A stretch of 30,573 bases of DNA from an uncultured Lachnospiraceae bacterium (GCA_964368355.1 CAYJAO010000001.1:1-30573); one strand, 5' to 3'; positions 15,816 through 26,111 are shown, counted from the first letter of the stretch. Numbers and translations: made by a program. Notes: generated by a model from the letters alone, not told the origin.

Positions 15816-16442
15816 ATGGCAAACACAGCAAAATTATTTAACATGACCGCAGAAGAAGTTGGCAAATTAAATCTTTCAGACAACCTTTTCGCAGTAGAAT
15901 ACAATGAGCCTCTTATCCACGAAGTTGTTGTTGCTTACAATGCAAACCAAAGACAAGGTTCAAAATCAACATTAACCCGTTCAGAAGTTAGAGGACATGC
16001 AAAAAAACCATATAAACAAAAACATACAGGTAGAGCAAGACATGGTTCAACAAAATCACCAGAATACAAAGGTGGCGGCGTTGTTTTTGCTCCAAAACCA
16101 CGTGATTTTTCAAAGAAACTTAATAAACAAGTTAGAAAAATTGCATTTGCATCAGCATTAAGTGAAAAATTAAGACAAAACGAAATTGTTTTTATTGATG
16201 AATTTAAACTTGCTGAAGCAAAAACACACGAAGTTGTTAAGTTCTTAGATGCTTTCAAGCTTGATAAGACAGTTATTATTGTCACAGACAAGAAAAATGA
16301 AGAAGCGCTTAGAGCAGCGGGCAATCTTCAAAACGTTGAAATTCAAATTGCAGAACTTTTATCGACATACGATGTTGTCGCAAACAATAAAGTTGTTATG
16401 ACAAAAGAAGCAGTTAAATCATTAGAGGAGGCATACAATTAA
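15816..16442 (+). CDS. rplD: 50S ribosomal protein L4
   Basis: RQGSKSTLTRSEV, QKHTGRARHGS, GGGVVFAPKPRD. Confidence 0.97.
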   Translation: MANTAKLFNMTAEEVGKLNLSDNLFAVEYNEPLIHEVVVAYNANQRQGSKSTLTRSEVRGHAKKPYKQKHTGRARHGSTKSPEYKGGGVVFAPKPRDFSKKLNKQVRKIAFASALSEKLRQNEIVFIDEFKLAEAKTHEVVKFLDAFKLDKTVIIVTDKKNEEALRAAGNLQNVEIQIAELLSTYDVVANNKVVMTKEAVKSLEEAYN

Positions 16443-16744
16443 TGAACGCATACGACATTATTAAAAAACCTCTTTTATCAGAAAAGAGTTACGCCAAAAT
16501 TAGCGAAAAGATTTACACATTTGTAGTTGATAAAAATGCTACAAAAATTGATGTAAGAAAAGCAGTTGAAGAAATGTTCAAAGTTAGCGTTGAAAAAGTT
16601 AATATTATCAATGTTAAAGGACATGAAAAAACACAAAATACAAAGAAAGGAAGAAGCGTTGGTAGAACAAGCGATTACAAAAAAGCAATCGTCACATTGA
16701 AAAAAGATTCAAAACCAATTGCATTCTTCGAAAGCTTATCTTAA
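16442..16744 (+). CDS. rplW: 50S ribosomal protein L23
   Basis: IIKKPLLSEKS, YTFVVDKNATK, KKAIVTLK; position in the operon. Confidence 0.97.
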   Translation: MNAYDIIKKPLLSEKSYAKISEKIYTFVVDKNATKIDVRKAVEEMFKVSVEKVNIINVKGHEKTQNTKKGRSVGRTSDYKKAIVTLKKDSKPIAFFESLS

Positions 16745-16764
16745 GGTAAAAGGAGATTAAAGAA

Positions 16765-17592
16765 ATGGCTATAAGAAAAAGCAATCCAACCAGTGACGGC
16801 CGCAGATTTTATTCTTCTGCAACCTTTGAAGAAGTGACAACAAACAAACCAGAAAAAAGTTTGCTTGTATCAAAGAAAAAATTTGCTGGCAGAAATGCAC
16901 AAGGGAAAATAACAGTTCGTCATAATGGCGGCGGAAACAGACAAAAATATAGGATCATCGATTTCAGAAGAAATAAAGATGGTGTATCTGCAAAAGTTGC
17001 ATCAATTGAATATGACCCAAACAGAACGGCATATATTGCACTTTTACACTATGCTGATGGTGAAAAACGATATATTCTTGCACCTATCGGATTAAATGTA
17101 GGCGATGTTGTTATGTCTGGAGCAGAAGCAGAAATCAAAGTCGGAAACTCACTTCCACTTGAAAACATCCCAGTTGGTTCAGTTGTTCACAACATTGAAA
17201 TGCAACCCGGGAAAGGTGGACAATTAGCAAGAAGTGCCGGTGTAGAAGTTCAACTCATGGCTAAGGAAGGCAGATATGCAACACTTAAAATGCCAAGTGG
17301 AGAAATGAGAAAAATTCTCGCAACATGCAGAGCGACAATTGGACAAGTAGGAAATATTGATCATGAGTTAATTTCTCTCGGTAAAGCAGGAAGAAAAAGG
17401 CACATGGGAGTAAGACCATCAGTTCGTGGTGTTGTTATGAACCCTAATGATCACCCACACGGCGGTGGTGAAGGCAAGAGCCCAGTTGGCATGAAATCAC
17501 CAGTGACACCATGGGGCAAACCAGCTCTTGGTTTCAAGACAAGAAAGAAAAATAAAGCATCTAACAAGTTAATTGTTAAGAGAAAGAAGTAG
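16765..17592 (+). CDS. rplB: 50S ribosomal protein L2
   Basis: [39 protein letters not shown]. Confidence 0.99.
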   Translation: MAIRKSNPTSDGRRFYSSATFEEVTTNKPEKSLLVSKKKFAGRNAQGKITVRHNGGGNRQKYRIIDFRRNKDGVSAKVASIEYDPNRTAYIALLHYADGEKRYILAPIGLNVGDVVMSGAEAEIKVGNSLPLENIPVGSVVHNIEMQPGKGGQLARSAGVEVQLMAKEGRYATLKMPSGEMRKILATCRATIGQVGNIDHELISLGKAGRKRHMGVRPSVRGVVMNPNDHPHGGGEGKSPVGMKSPVTPWGKPALGFKTRKKNKASNKLIVKRKK

Positions 17593-17601
17593 GAGAGGAA
17601 T

Positions 17602-17904
17602 ATGAGTAGATCGTTAAAGAAAAAACCTTATGTTTTAGATAGACTTTTAAAAAGAGTTGAAGAGAACAATGCTTCTGGGAACAAGAAACCTATCAAGACA
17701 TGGTCAAGAGCATCGGTTATTTACCCAGAATTTGTTGGAACTACATTTGCTGTTTACAACGGTAAAAAACATGTTCCTGTATACTGCACAGCTGAAATGA
17801 TTGGGCATAAACTTGGTGAGTTTGCTCCAACAAGAAACTTTAAAGGCCATGCAGGTCAGAAAAAGTCGGGCGGCTCTGTTGCTGCAATAAAAACAAAAAA
17901 GTAG
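17602..17904 (+). CDS. rpsS: 30S ribosomal protein S19
   Basis: [26 protein letters not shown]; short C-terminal extension. Confidence 0.98.
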   Translation: MSRSLKKKPYVLDRLLKRVEENNASGNKKPIKTWSRASVIYPEFVGTTFAVYNGKKHVPVYCTAEMIGHKLGEFAPTRNFKGHAGQKKSGGSVAAIKTKK

Positions 17905-17915
17905 GAGGAAGATAA

Positions 17916-18302
17916 ATGGCTACAAGAATTAGAGAAAAAGCTGAAGCAATAAGAGCAAATAAAGATAATCGTCCTTTTGCTAAAGTTAAATATGTTAGAA
18001 TGAGTCCTTCAAAAGTTAGAATTGTTCTTGATTTAGTTAGAGGGAAAAGAGCTGAAGAAGCAGTTGCTATTTTAGAAAATTCACCTCAATCAGCAGCAGA
18101 AGTATGTGCAAAACTTTTAAAGTCTGCAATTGCCAATGCTGAAAACAATAAAGGGCTTAATAGAGCAGATCTTTATGTTGCAGAAGCCTATGCTTGCCCA
18201 GGACCAACAATGAAAAGATTGAACATCAGAGCGCGTGGTAGAGCAGATAGAATGTTAAAAAGAACAAGCCATATTACAATTGTGCTTGATGTAAAAGAGT
18301 AG
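17916..18302 (+). CDS. rplV: 50S ribosomal protein L22
   Basis: YVRMSPSKVR, SAIANAENN, RARGRA, KRTSHITIV; N-terminal extension. Confidence 0.98.
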   Translation: MATRIREKAEAIRANKDNRPFAKVKYVRMSPSKVRIVLDLVRGKRAEEAVAILENSPQSAAEVCAKLLKSAIANAENNKGLNRADLYVAEAYACPGPTMKRLNIRARGRADRMLKRTSHITIVLDVKE

Positions 18303-18311
18303 GAGGTCAAG

Positions 18312-18980
18312 ATGGGACAAAAAGTTAGTCCAATTGGACTTAGAATAGGCGTTAATAAAAACTGGGAATCATCTTGGTATGCAAACAAAAGAGATTTTGC
18401 TAAAAACATCAAAGAAGATGATGATATCAGAAAATTTATTAAGAAAAAATACTATAATTCAGCAATTTCAAGTATAGAAATTGAAAGAACGGCTACAAAA
18501 GTAGTTGTCACACTCAACACAGGGCGTCCTGGCATGCTTATTGGCACGAAAGGTTCTGGCGTTGAAGAAATCAAAAAAGAACTCGCAAAAATGGTCGGAG
18601 CAAAAACATTATTTGTTAATGTTAAAGAAGTTAAAAAACCAGATTTAGATGCAGTATTAGTTGCAGAAAGCATTGCGCAACAACTTGAAAAACGTGTCAC
18701 ATTTAGAAGAGCATTAAAACAAGCAATTCAACGCGTTATGAAATCAGGCGCTAAGGGATGTAAAGTCCAAGTTAGTGGAGTTGTCGATGGTGCTAATACC
18801 ATTGCAAGAACTGAAAATTATATGGAAGGTTCACTTCCACTTCATACACTTAGAGCAGATGTAGATTATGGTGTAGCAGCAGCCTATACCAACTATGGGA
18901 AACTCGGTGTAAAATGCTGGATCTACAAAGGAGAAATCTTTGGTAAGAAAACAGTAGATAACAAAGGAGGTATAAACTAA
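18312..18980 (+). CDS. rpsC: 30S ribosomal protein S3
   Basis: [34 protein letters not shown]. Confidence 0.98.
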   Translation: MGQKVSPIGLRIGVNKNWESSWYANKRDFAKNIKEDDDIRKFIKKKYYNSAISSIEIERTATKVVVTLNTGRPGMLIGTKGSGVEEIKKELAKMVGAKTLFVNVKEVKKPDLDAVLVAESIAQQLEKRVTFRRALKQAIQRVMKSGAKGCKVQVSGVVDGANTIARTENYMEGSLPLHTLRADVDYGVAAAYTNYGKLGVKCWIYKGEIFGKKTVDNKGGIN

Positions 18981-19417
18981 TGTTAATGCCTAAAAGAGTT
19001 AAGAGAAGGCGTGTTCATAGAGGCAGAATGACAGGAGTTGCTACAAGAGGAAACAAACTTGCTTACGGCGAATTTGGACTTGCAACAACAGAGCCATGCT
19101 GGATCAAATCAAATCAAATTGAAGCAGCACGTATTGCTATAACACGTTATACAAAAAGAGGCGGACAAGTTTGGATTAATATATTCCCAGACAAGCCTGT
19201 CACAAAGAAACCTGCTGAAACAAGAATGGGTAGTGGTAAAGGTTCACCAGAATTCTGGGTTGCGGTTGTAAAACCGGGCAGAGTTTTGTTTGAAATCGCA
19301 GGAGTATCTGAGGAGATTGCAAGAGAAGCATTAAGACTCGGTTCACACAAGTTACCATGCAAAACCAAAATTATTAAGAAGCAGGAAGAAACCATAGTAG
19401 AAGGTGGTGCTGTATGA
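18980..19417 (+). CDS. rplP: 50S ribosomal protein L16
   Basis: [29 protein letters not shown]. Confidence 0.98.
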   Translation: MLMPKRVKRRRVHRGRMTGVATRGNKLAYGEFGLATTEPCWIKSNQIEAARIAITRYTKRGGQVWINIFPDKPVTKKPAETRMGSGKGSPEFWVAVVKPGRVLFEIAGVSEEIAREALRLGSHKLPCKTKIIKKQEETIVEGGAV

Positions 19418-19617
19418 AAATAAAAGATATTAAAAGTTTAACAATTGAAGAATTAATTACAAAAGAACAGGAATTAAAAACTGAACTTTTCAACCTTAGA
19501 TTCTCACACGCAACAGGAAATTTGGCTAACCCAATGCAACTTCACAATGTTAAAAAAGAAATTGCAAAGGTTAAAACAATAATCCGTGAAAGAGAATTAA
19601 AAAAGGTTAATGGGTAA
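19414..19617 (+). CDS. rpmC: 50S ribosomal protein L29
   Basis: [24 protein letters not shown]; ATGA overlap with rplP. Confidence 0.97.
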   Translation: MKIKDIKSLTIEELITKEQELKTELFNLRFSHATGNLANPMQLHNVKKEIAKVKTIIRERELKKVNG

Positions 19618-19628
19618 GGAGAGACGAT

Positions 19629-19895
19629 ATGGAAAAAGAAGTTAGAAATAATAGACCAACAAAGATCGGCGTTGTAGTAAGTGCTGGGAAAATGGATAAA
19701 ACCATTGTTGTCGCAATTGTTGAAAATAAAAAACACCCAATCTACAAGAAAGTTGTTAAAGTAACAAAAAAATATAAAGTTCACGATGAAGAGAACGTTT
19801 GCGGATTAGGCGACACTATCGAAATGATGGAAACACGCCCAATAAGCAAAGATAAATATAATCGTTTAGTCAAAATCGTTGAGAAAGCAAAGTAG
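19629..19895 (+). CDS. rpsQ: 30S ribosomal protein S17
   Basis: [28 protein letters not shown]. Confidence 0.97.
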   Translation: MEKEVRNNRPTKIGVVVSAGKMDKTIVVAIVENKKHPIYKKVVKVTKKYKVHDEENVCGLGDTIEMMETRPISKDKYNRLVKIVEKAK

Positions 19896-19906
19896 GAGGT
19901 AGAGAA

Positions 19907-20275
19907 ATGGTACAACCACAAACAAGATTAAAAGTTGCCGATAACACAGGCGCTAAACAAATCATGTGTATCCGTGTTCTTGGTGGGTCATTTAGACGTA
20001 GCGGGAACATTGGCGATGTAATTGTTGCATCAGTAAAATCTGCCATCCCAGGTGGAGTAGTTAAAAAGGGTGATGTTGTTAAAGCAGTTATTGTTAGAAC
20101 ATCAAAAGGACTTCGTAGACAAGATGGCTCACACATTCGCTTTGATGATAATGCAGCAGTTATAATTGATAACCAAAAACAACCAAAAGGAACGCGTATT
20201 TTCGGGCCTATAGCGAGAGAACTTCGTGATAAAAACTACATGAAGATTATCTCACTTGCACCGGAAGTATTATAG
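19907..20275 (+). CDS. rplN: 50S ribosomal protein L14
   Basis: [27 protein letters not shown]. Confidence 0.99.
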   Translation: MVQPQTRLKVADNTGAKQIMCIRVLGGSFRRSGNIGDVIVASVKSAIPGGVVKKGDVVKAVIVRTSKGLRRQDGSHIRFDDNAAVIIDNQKQPKGTRIFGPIARELRDKNYMKIISLAPEVL

Positions 20276-20290
20276 GAGGAGAAGCCGAGT

Positions 20291-20746
20291 ATGGAAATTA
20301 AAAAAGGTGATAGCGTAGTAATAATCGCTGGAAAAGACAAAGGTAAGAAAGGCAAAGTTTTAGAAATTTCTCCTAAAACCTCAAAGATTATTGTTGAAGG
20401 TGTAAATATTGCTTCAAAACATAAAAAACCACGTTCAGCACAAGACAAAGGTGGAATCATAAAACAAACAAATCCTATTGAAGGTTCAAACGCGATGGTA
20501 GTTTGCCCAGACTGTGGAAAGGCTACAAGAATTGCTCATAAGGAAGTTGATGGTAAAAAAGCACGTATTTGTAAGAAATGCGGAGCAAGCTTAGATAAAT
20601 CATTAGTAAAAGCAGTTAAAAAAGAAACAAAAACTGCAAAAACAGAAGAAAAGTCGGCTAAACCAGCAGTTGGAAAAGCGCCAGCAGTTAAAAAGACAAC
20701 TACAGCGAAGAAAACAACCGCTAGTAAGGCAAGTAAAGCAGAATAA
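20291..20746 (+). CDS. rplX: 50S ribosomal protein L24 with a K/A/T-rich C-terminal tail
   Basis: IKKGDSVVIIAGKDKGKKG KOW motif; CPDC...CKKC; 48-aa extension. Confidence 0.97.
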   Translation: MEIKKGDSVVIIAGKDKGKKGKVLEISPKTSKIIVEGVNIASKHKKPRSAQDKGGIIKQTNPIEGSNAMVVCPDCGKATRIAHKEVDGKKARICKKCGASLDKSLVKAVKKETKTAKTEEKSAKPAVGKAPAVKKTTTAKKTTASKASKAE

Positions 20747-20758
20747 GGAGGAATGATT

Positions 20759-21304
20759 ATGGCTAATAGATTAAATGAAACATATAAAAAAGAAATAGTT
20801 CCCGAACTTATGAAGCTTCACGGCTACAAGAACATTAACGAAGTTCCAAAACTTGATAAAATCATATTAAATATGGGGCTCGGCGATGTAAAAGATAATT
20901 CAAAAAGTTTTGGAATAGCAATTGATGAATTGGCAGTAATTTCTGGTCAAAAACCAGTTGCTACAAAAGCCAAGAAAGCCATTTCAAACTTTAAGGTTAG
21001 AGAAGGAATGAAAATTGGTGCTAAAGTGACACTTAGAGGCGACAGAATGTACGAGTTTTTAGATAGACTTATTTCAATCGCGCTTCCAAGAGTTAGAGAT
21101 TTTAGAGGGGTTTCAAGAAAATCATTTGATGGACATGGAAACTATGCACTTGGAATCAAAGAACAACTTATTTTCCCTGAAATTAACTATGATAAGATTG
21201 AAAAGATCAGAGGATTGGACGTTATGATTGTCACAACGGCAAAGTCGGACTCTGAAGCATTATCACTCCTTGAGGCAATCGGTATGCCTTTCAAGGACAG
21301 ATAG
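20759..21304 (+). CDS. rplE: 50S ribosomal protein L5
   Basis: [31 protein letters not shown]; start set at 20759 by SD spacing. Confidence 0.98.
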   Translation: MANRLNETYKKEIVPELMKLHGYKNINEVPKLDKIILNMGLGDVKDNSKSFGIAIDELAVISGQKPVATKAKKAISNFKVREGMKIGAKVTLRGDRMYEFLDRLISIALPRVRDFRGVSRKSFDGHGNYALGIKEQLIFPEINYDKIEKIRGLDVMIVTTAKSDSEALSLLEAIGMPFKDR

Positions 21305-21312
21305 GAGGAAAT

Positions 21313-21498
21313 ATGGCAAGAAAAGCATTAATTGAAAAACAACAAAAAGAACAAAAATTTGAAACTCGTGAATATACACGTTGCACAATTTGTGGGCGTC
21401 CACACGCAGTTTTGAAAAAATATGGTCTTTGCAGGGTATGTTTCCGCGAGAAAGCAAACAAAGGTGAAATCCCTGGCGTTAAAAAGGCTAGTTGGTAG
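21313..21498 (+). CDS. rpsZ: 30S ribosomal protein S14, type Z (zinc-binding)
   Basis: 61 aa; RCTICGRP...LCRVCFRE; GVKKASW. Confidence 0.98.
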   Translation: MARKALIEKQQKEQKFETREYTRCTICGRPHAVLKKYGLCRVCFREKANKGEIPGVKKASW

Positions 21499-21507
21499 GA
21501 GGGCGAT

Positions 21508-21906
21508 ATGATAGTTACAGATCCAATAGCAGATATGCTAACAAGACTTAGAAATGCAATCACTGCAAAGCACGACAGCGTTTTAGTTCCTCTTTCAAAA
21601 GAAAAAGAAGCTATCGCTAACATTATGTTAAACGAAGGTTATATTAAATCAGTTGAAATCATTGAAGAGAAAACTGGTAAAAGCCTTAAAATAGCATTAA
21701 AGTATGATAACAACGGGAACAGCGTTATTTACGGATTAAAGAGAATATCAAAACCAGGACTTAGAGTTTATACAACAGTTGATAAACTTCCAAAAGTTAT
21801 TGGCGGAATGGGAATCTCAATAGTTTCAACAAACAAAGGTATTTTAACAGATAAACAAGCAAGAGAACTCAAAGTGGGTGGCGAAGTTCTTGCTTACGTA
21901 TGGTAG
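21508..21906 (+). CDS. rpsH: 30S ribosomal protein S8
   Basis: TDPIADMLTRLRNA, RISKPGLRVY, GGEVLAYVW. Confidence 0.99.
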   Translation: MIVTDPIADMLTRLRNAITAKHDSVLVPLSKEKEAIANIMLNEGYIKSVEIIEEKTGKSLKIALKYDNNGNSVIYGLKRISKPGLRVYTTVDKLPKVIGGMGISIVSTNKGILTDKQARELKVGGEVLAYVW

Positions 21907-21915
21907 GAGGGAAAT

Positions 21916-22461
21916 ATGTCTAGAATAGGAAGAAATCCAATCGTTATGCCAGACGAAGTAAGCGCTGAAGTTAAAGGAAACATTATTACAGTTAAAGGGC
22001 CTCTTGGAGTTTTAACACAAGATTTTCAAAATGTTAATGTTAAAGTTGAAAGCAATATTATCAAATTAACAAGAGACAATGATGAAAATGAAGTAAAAGC
22101 ACAACACGGACTTTATAGAGCGCTTATTGCGAACATGGTTAACGGAGTAAAAACAGGTTTTTCAAAGACCGTTTTAATCTCTGGAGTTGGTTATAAAGCA
22201 AGCAAAAACGGAAACAAACTTGTGTTAGCACTTGGCTTGTCACATCCAATTGAAATCATTGAACCACAAGGTTTAAAAATTGAATGCCCAAGTCAAACAG
22301 AAGTTAAAATCACAGGCATAGACAAGCAAAAAGTCGGACAATTTGCATCAAATCTTAGAGACCTTAGACCAGTTGAACCATATCATGGCTATGGAATCAG
22401 ATATTCAGATGAAGTTGTTATTAGAAAGCAAGGCAAAACTGCCAGTAAAGGCAAAAAGTAG
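21916..22461 (+). CDS. rplF: 50S ribosomal protein L6
   Basis: MSRIGRNPI, GVGYKA, RPVEPYHGYGIRY. Confidence 0.98.
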   Translation: MSRIGRNPIVMPDEVSAEVKGNIITVKGPLGVLTQDFQNVNVKVESNIIKLTRDNDENEVKAQHGLYRALIANMVNGVKTGFSKTVLISGVGYKASKNGNKLVLALGLSHPIEIIEPQGLKIECPSQTEVKITGIDKQKVGQFASNLRDLRPVEPYHGYGIRYSDEVVIRKQGKTASKGKK

Positions 22462-22472
22462 GAGTTTGAGGT

Positions 22473-22847
22473 ATGATTAATAAAGAAAATAAGAATGAAC
22501 TTAGAAAAAATCGTCATGTTCGCGTTAGAAGAAAAGTTTCAGGAACAACTGCAACTCCAAGACTTGCTGTTTACAGAAGTTTGAATGAAATTTATGCTCA
22601 AATTATTGATGATGAACAAGGAATTACTTTAGTTTCTTGTTCAACAATCGACAAAGAACTTGCAGGAAAGAAAGTTTTTGAAGGCAAAAACCGTAAAAAA
22701 CAAGCCGCTATTGTTGGCACAAATCTTGCAAAAAGAGCATTAAAGAAAAAAATCAAAGCTGTTGTTTTCGACAGAGGCGGATATCTCTACACTGGAAGAG
22801 TGAAAGCTCTTGCAGATGCTGCTAGAGAAGCCGGCTTAGAGTTTTAG
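22473..22847 (+). CDS. rplR: 50S ribosomal protein L18
   Basis: [36 protein letters not shown]. Confidence 0.98.
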   Translation: MINKENKNELRKNRHVRVRRKVSGTTATPRLAVYRSLNEIYAQIIDDEQGITLVSCSTIDKELAGKKVFEGKNRKKQAAIVGTNLAKRALKKKIKAVVFDRGGYLYTGRVKALADAAREAGLEF

Positions 22848-22856
22848 GAGGAATTT

Positions 22857-23468
22857 ATGAGTGAAGAAATCAAAAATGAAAATGTCGAAGTAACAGTAGT
22901 TGCAACAGATGTTGTAAAAGATGAAAAGAAAAGACGTGAAGATTACAGACACGATCGTAAACAAAATGATCGCCGTGAAAGAAAACCTCGTGAAGAAAGT
23001 GAATTTGATAAGACTTTAGTCGCGGTTCGCCGTGTCACAAAGGTTGTTAAAGGTGGACGTACAATGCGTTTCAGCGCACTTGTTGTCATTGGCGATCATA
23101 AAGGAACAGTTGGTATTGGAACAGGAAGAGCAAAAGAAGTTCCTGCTGCTATCGATAAAGCAACTCTTCAAGCAAAAAACAATTTAAGAAAGATCAATAT
23201 TATTAATGGAACGATTCCTCATGATACTATTGGCAAATATGGCACAAGTGAAGTTTTAATGCTTCCAGCCAAAGAAGGTTGTGGAGTTATTGCCGGCGGT
23301 AGTGCTCGTGCAGTTATTGAACTTGCAGGCATCAAAGATATTGTTACAAAGATTCATGGCTCAACTAACAAGATTAACTGTGTTAAAGCAACGCTTAGAG
23401 GCTTAGAATCACTCCGCACTATTGAACAAGTTGCAAATTTACGTAGTAAATCTGTAGAAGAGATATAA
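22857..23468 (+). CDS. rpsE: 30S ribosomal protein S5 with an N-terminal extension
   Basis: RVTKVVKGGRTMRFSALVVIGD, GVIAGGSARAVIELAGI. Confidence 0.98.
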   Translation: MSEEIKNENVEVTVVATDVVKDEKKRREDYRHDRKQNDRRERKPREESEFDKTLVAVRRVTKVVKGGRTMRFSALVVIGDHKGTVGIGTGRAKEVPAAIDKATLQAKNNLRKINIINGTIPHDTIGKYGTSEVLMLPAKEGCGVIAGGSARAVIELAGIKDIVTKIHGSTNKINCVKATLRGLESLRTIEQVANLRSKSVEEI

Positions 23469-23478
23469 GAGGTGAATT

Positions 23479-23670
23479 ATGGCAGAAAAAGAAAAAATGT
23501 TAAAAGTTACTTATGTTAAAAGCGCTATTGGTTTTAATAAAAAACAAGCCAAAGTACTTGAAGCATTAGGACTTACAAAATTAAACCAAACAAAACTTTT
23601 ACCAGACAATGCAAGCATTCGTGGAAGTTTATTCCATGTTAGACACCTTGTTGTTGTGGAAGAAGCTTAA
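23479..23670 (+). CDS. rpmD: 50S ribosomal protein L30
   Basis: [27 protein letters not shown]. Confidence 0.96.
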   Translation: MAEKEKMLKVTYVKSAIGFNKKQAKVLEALGLTKLNQTKLLPDNASIRGSLFHVRHLVVVEEA

Positions 23671-23680
23671 GGAGGAGAAT

Positions 23681-24127
23681 ATGTATATTCAAAATTTACA
23701 ACCAGCCCCTAATTCACGCTTTTCCGAGAAAAGACTTGGTCGTGGTATTGGTAGTGGACTTGGCAAAACAAGCGGCAAAGGACATAAAGGTCAAAACGCT
23801 AGAAGTGGTGGCGGGGTACGCCCAGGCTTTGAAGGCGGGCAATTACCACTTGTTAGAAAAATGAAAATCCGTGGATTTAACAATGCTAATTTTGATAAAG
23901 AATATGCAGTTATTAACGTCGGAGATTTAGATAAATTCGAAGCAAACACTGAAATTACTCAAGAATTCTTATATGAACAAAGAGTTGTAGGAAAATTAAT
24001 GCCATATGGCCTCAAAGTCTTAGGCAACGGAGAATTATCAAAACCATTAGTAATTAAAGCAAAAAAATTCTCTGCATCCGCTAAAGAAAAAATAGAGAAA
24101 GTTGGCGGAAAAGCAGAGGTGATTTAA
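23681..24127 (+). CDS. rplO: 50S ribosomal protein L15
   Basis: [29 protein letters not shown]; ATG 23681 follows GGAGG. Confidence 0.97.
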   Translation: MYIQNLQPAPNSRFSEKRLGRGIGSGLGKTSGKGHKGQNARSGGGVRPGFEGGQLPLVRKMKIRGFNNANFDKEYAVINVGDLDKFEANTEITQEFLYEQRVVGKLMPYGLKVLGNGELSKPLVIKAKKFSASAKEKIEKVGGKAEVI

Positions 24128-25422
24128 TGTTTAGAAGGATTATTGACTGTTTTAAAACAAAGGAAGTACGCGTTAAAATTTTGTTGACGCTTCTTTTCCT
24201 ATTAATTTACAGAGTTGGTTGCTGGCTTCCTATTCCAGGAATTAACACAGCAACATTCTCCACTATAGCAAGCGATAATAGTTTCTTGTCATTATTGAGT
24301 TCTCTTAATGGTGGCTCTTTGGCAAATGGTGCATTTTTAGCATTAGGTGTTTCGCCATATATCACTGCATCTATCATTATTCAATTACTTTCAATAGCAA
24401 TTCCAAGCTGGCAAAAACTCAGCAAGGAAGGCGAAGAAGGCAGAAAGAAAATTGGTAAATATACTCGTTGGGCAGCGCTTATTTTAGCAGTTGCACAAGC
24501 AGTTGGTATTGTCGTGGGTTTTGGTGACACCATTATGGCGGGAACGTTATGGAGCGGGTCTCCACAATGGATAACATCTATGTTGGTTGTTTTAGTTCTC
24601 GTTGCTGGCGCTATGTTTACTGTTTGGCTTGGTGAAAGAATTACAGAATTGGGAATTGGAAATGGATTATCATTATTAATTTTCGTTGGTATTTTATCAT
24701 CAGCTGGGATGGCGCTATTAGCAAACATTCAATCAATCGCAGCAGGCAATTTAGATGGCATCTGGCAATTGATAGTGTTTGTTGCAGCAGTTATATTAAT
24801 TTTTGCTTTGATCGTTTTTGTAGATTTAGCAGAACGTAAAGTTCCAGTTCAATACGCAAAACAAATTAAAGGCAGAAAAATGTATGGCGGACAAAGCACA
24901 AACATTCCTATTCGTGTAAACGCATCGGGAGTTATGCCAATCATTTTTGCAAGTGCGTTGTTAACATTCCCACAATTAATTATGAGTATATTTGCACCAG
25001 ATTCAGGAGCAATGCGCTGGTATAATCAATGGATGGGAACGGGCTCATGGCCTTATATCGTGCTTACAGCAGTATTAATTTTGTTCTTCTCGTACTTCTA
25101 TTCACAGATTACGTTTAATCCAGATGATATTAGCAAGCAGATACAGCAAAATGGTGGATTTATACCGGGAATTAGACCAGGCAAACCAACCGCAGATTAT
25201 CTTAAAAAGATTTCAAATAGAGTCATTTTATTTGGAGCAATATTCTTAGCGTTCATCGCTCTTGTTCCAAATCTTATTTTCAAAGGAATTGGAGGAAATT
25301 CAACGCTTATCAATGCGTTTAGTGCAACGGGGTTATTGATTGTTGTTTCAGTCGCACTTGAATTTGATAAGCAACTGGAAGCACAATTATTGATGAAGAA
25401 TTATAAAGGATTTTTGAAATAG
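24127..25422 (+). CDS. secY: Preprotein translocase subunit SecY
   Basis: LGVSPYITASIIIQLL, GIGNGLSLLIF, IPGIRPGKPTADY. Confidence 0.98.
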   Translation: MFRRIIDCFKTKEVRVKILLTLLFLLIYRVGCWLPIPGINTATFSTIASDNSFLSLLSSLNGGSLANGAFLALGVSPYITASIIIQLLSIAIPSWQKLSKEGEEGRKKIGKYTRWAALILAVAQAVGIVVGFGDTIMAGTLWSGSPQWITSMLVVLVLVAGAMFTVWLGERITELGIGNGLSLLIFVGILSSAGMALLANIQSIAAGNLDGIWQLIVFVAAVILIFALIVFVDLAERKVPVQYAKQIKGRKMYGGQSTNIPIRVNASGVMPIIFASALLTFPQLIMSIFAPDSGAMRWYNQWMGTGSWPYIVLTAVLILFFSYFYSQITFNPDDISKQIQQNGGFIPGIRPGKPTADYLKKISNRVILFGAIFLAFIALVPNLIFKGIGGNSTLINAFSATGLLIVVSVALEFDKQLEAQLLMKNYKGFLK

Positions 25423-25430
25423 GAGAGATC

Positions 25431-26063
25431 ATGAATATTGTATTATTCGGAGCCCCAGGAAGCGGGAAAGGAACCCAAGCTAAATTAATCAATAAAGAAT
25501 TTGGCTTACCTCAAATTTCCACTGGAGATCTTTTTAGAGAACATATTTCAAAAAGTACGGAACTTGGAGTAATTGCTAAAAGTTATATCGATAAAGGTTG
25601 TTTGGTGCCAGATGAATTAGTTATTAATCTAGTAAAAGATAGAATCACACAGCCTGACTGTGAAAAAGGCTATATCATAGATGGATTTCCAAGAACTTTG
25701 GAACAAGCAATTCAGTTAGATAAAATTGCAAAAATAAACGTTGTTATTCACATTGACATCACAATAAATGAAGTTGAAAAACGTGCATTAAATCGTAGAG
25801 TTTGCCCAGGGTGCGGAAGAATATTTAGCATAGCAAACAAATTTGTAGATACTTGCGATGTGTGTGGAGCAAAACTTATACAAAGAGATGACGATAAAAT
25901 AGAGGTCGTCAGAAAGAGAGTAGAAACTTATTTATCTTTGTTTGAACCAATTATTAGCTTCTATAAAAAGAAGAAAATATTAGCTACTGTATTGGGTTCG
26001 GGCAGTCCAGAATCTACTTTCGAAGAAATAAAAAAAGTTATTATTCCTTTTATTAAGAAGTAA
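25431..26063 (+). CDS. adk: Adenylate kinase (zinc-type LID)
   Basis: GAPGSGKGTQA, ISTGDLFR, DGFPRT, CPGC...CDVC. Confidence 0.97.
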   Translation: MNIVLFGAPGSGKGTQAKLINKEFGLPQISTGDLFREHISKSTELGVIAKSYIDKGCLVPDELVINLVKDRITQPDCEKGYIIDGFPRTLEQAIQLDKIAKINVVIHIDITINEVEKRALNRRVCPGCGRIFSIANKFVDTCDVCGAKLIQRDDDKIEVVRKRVETYLSLFEPIISFYKKKKILATVLGSGSPESTFEEIKKVIIPFIKK

Positions 26064-26069
26064 TACTTA

Positions 26070-26111
26070 TACTCGATTTATGCGGATTCTATAACCCTCA
26101 TAAAGTGAGTA
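26070..26111 (+). other. Imperfect hairpin in the adk-map intergenic region
   Basis: TACTC/GAGTA and TTTATG/CATAAA helices. Confidence 0.5.

Noticed and set aside
23609-23680. N-terminal extension of L15 from the ORF track
   Set aside because: It overlaps rpmD; the true start is ATG 23681 after GGAGG.
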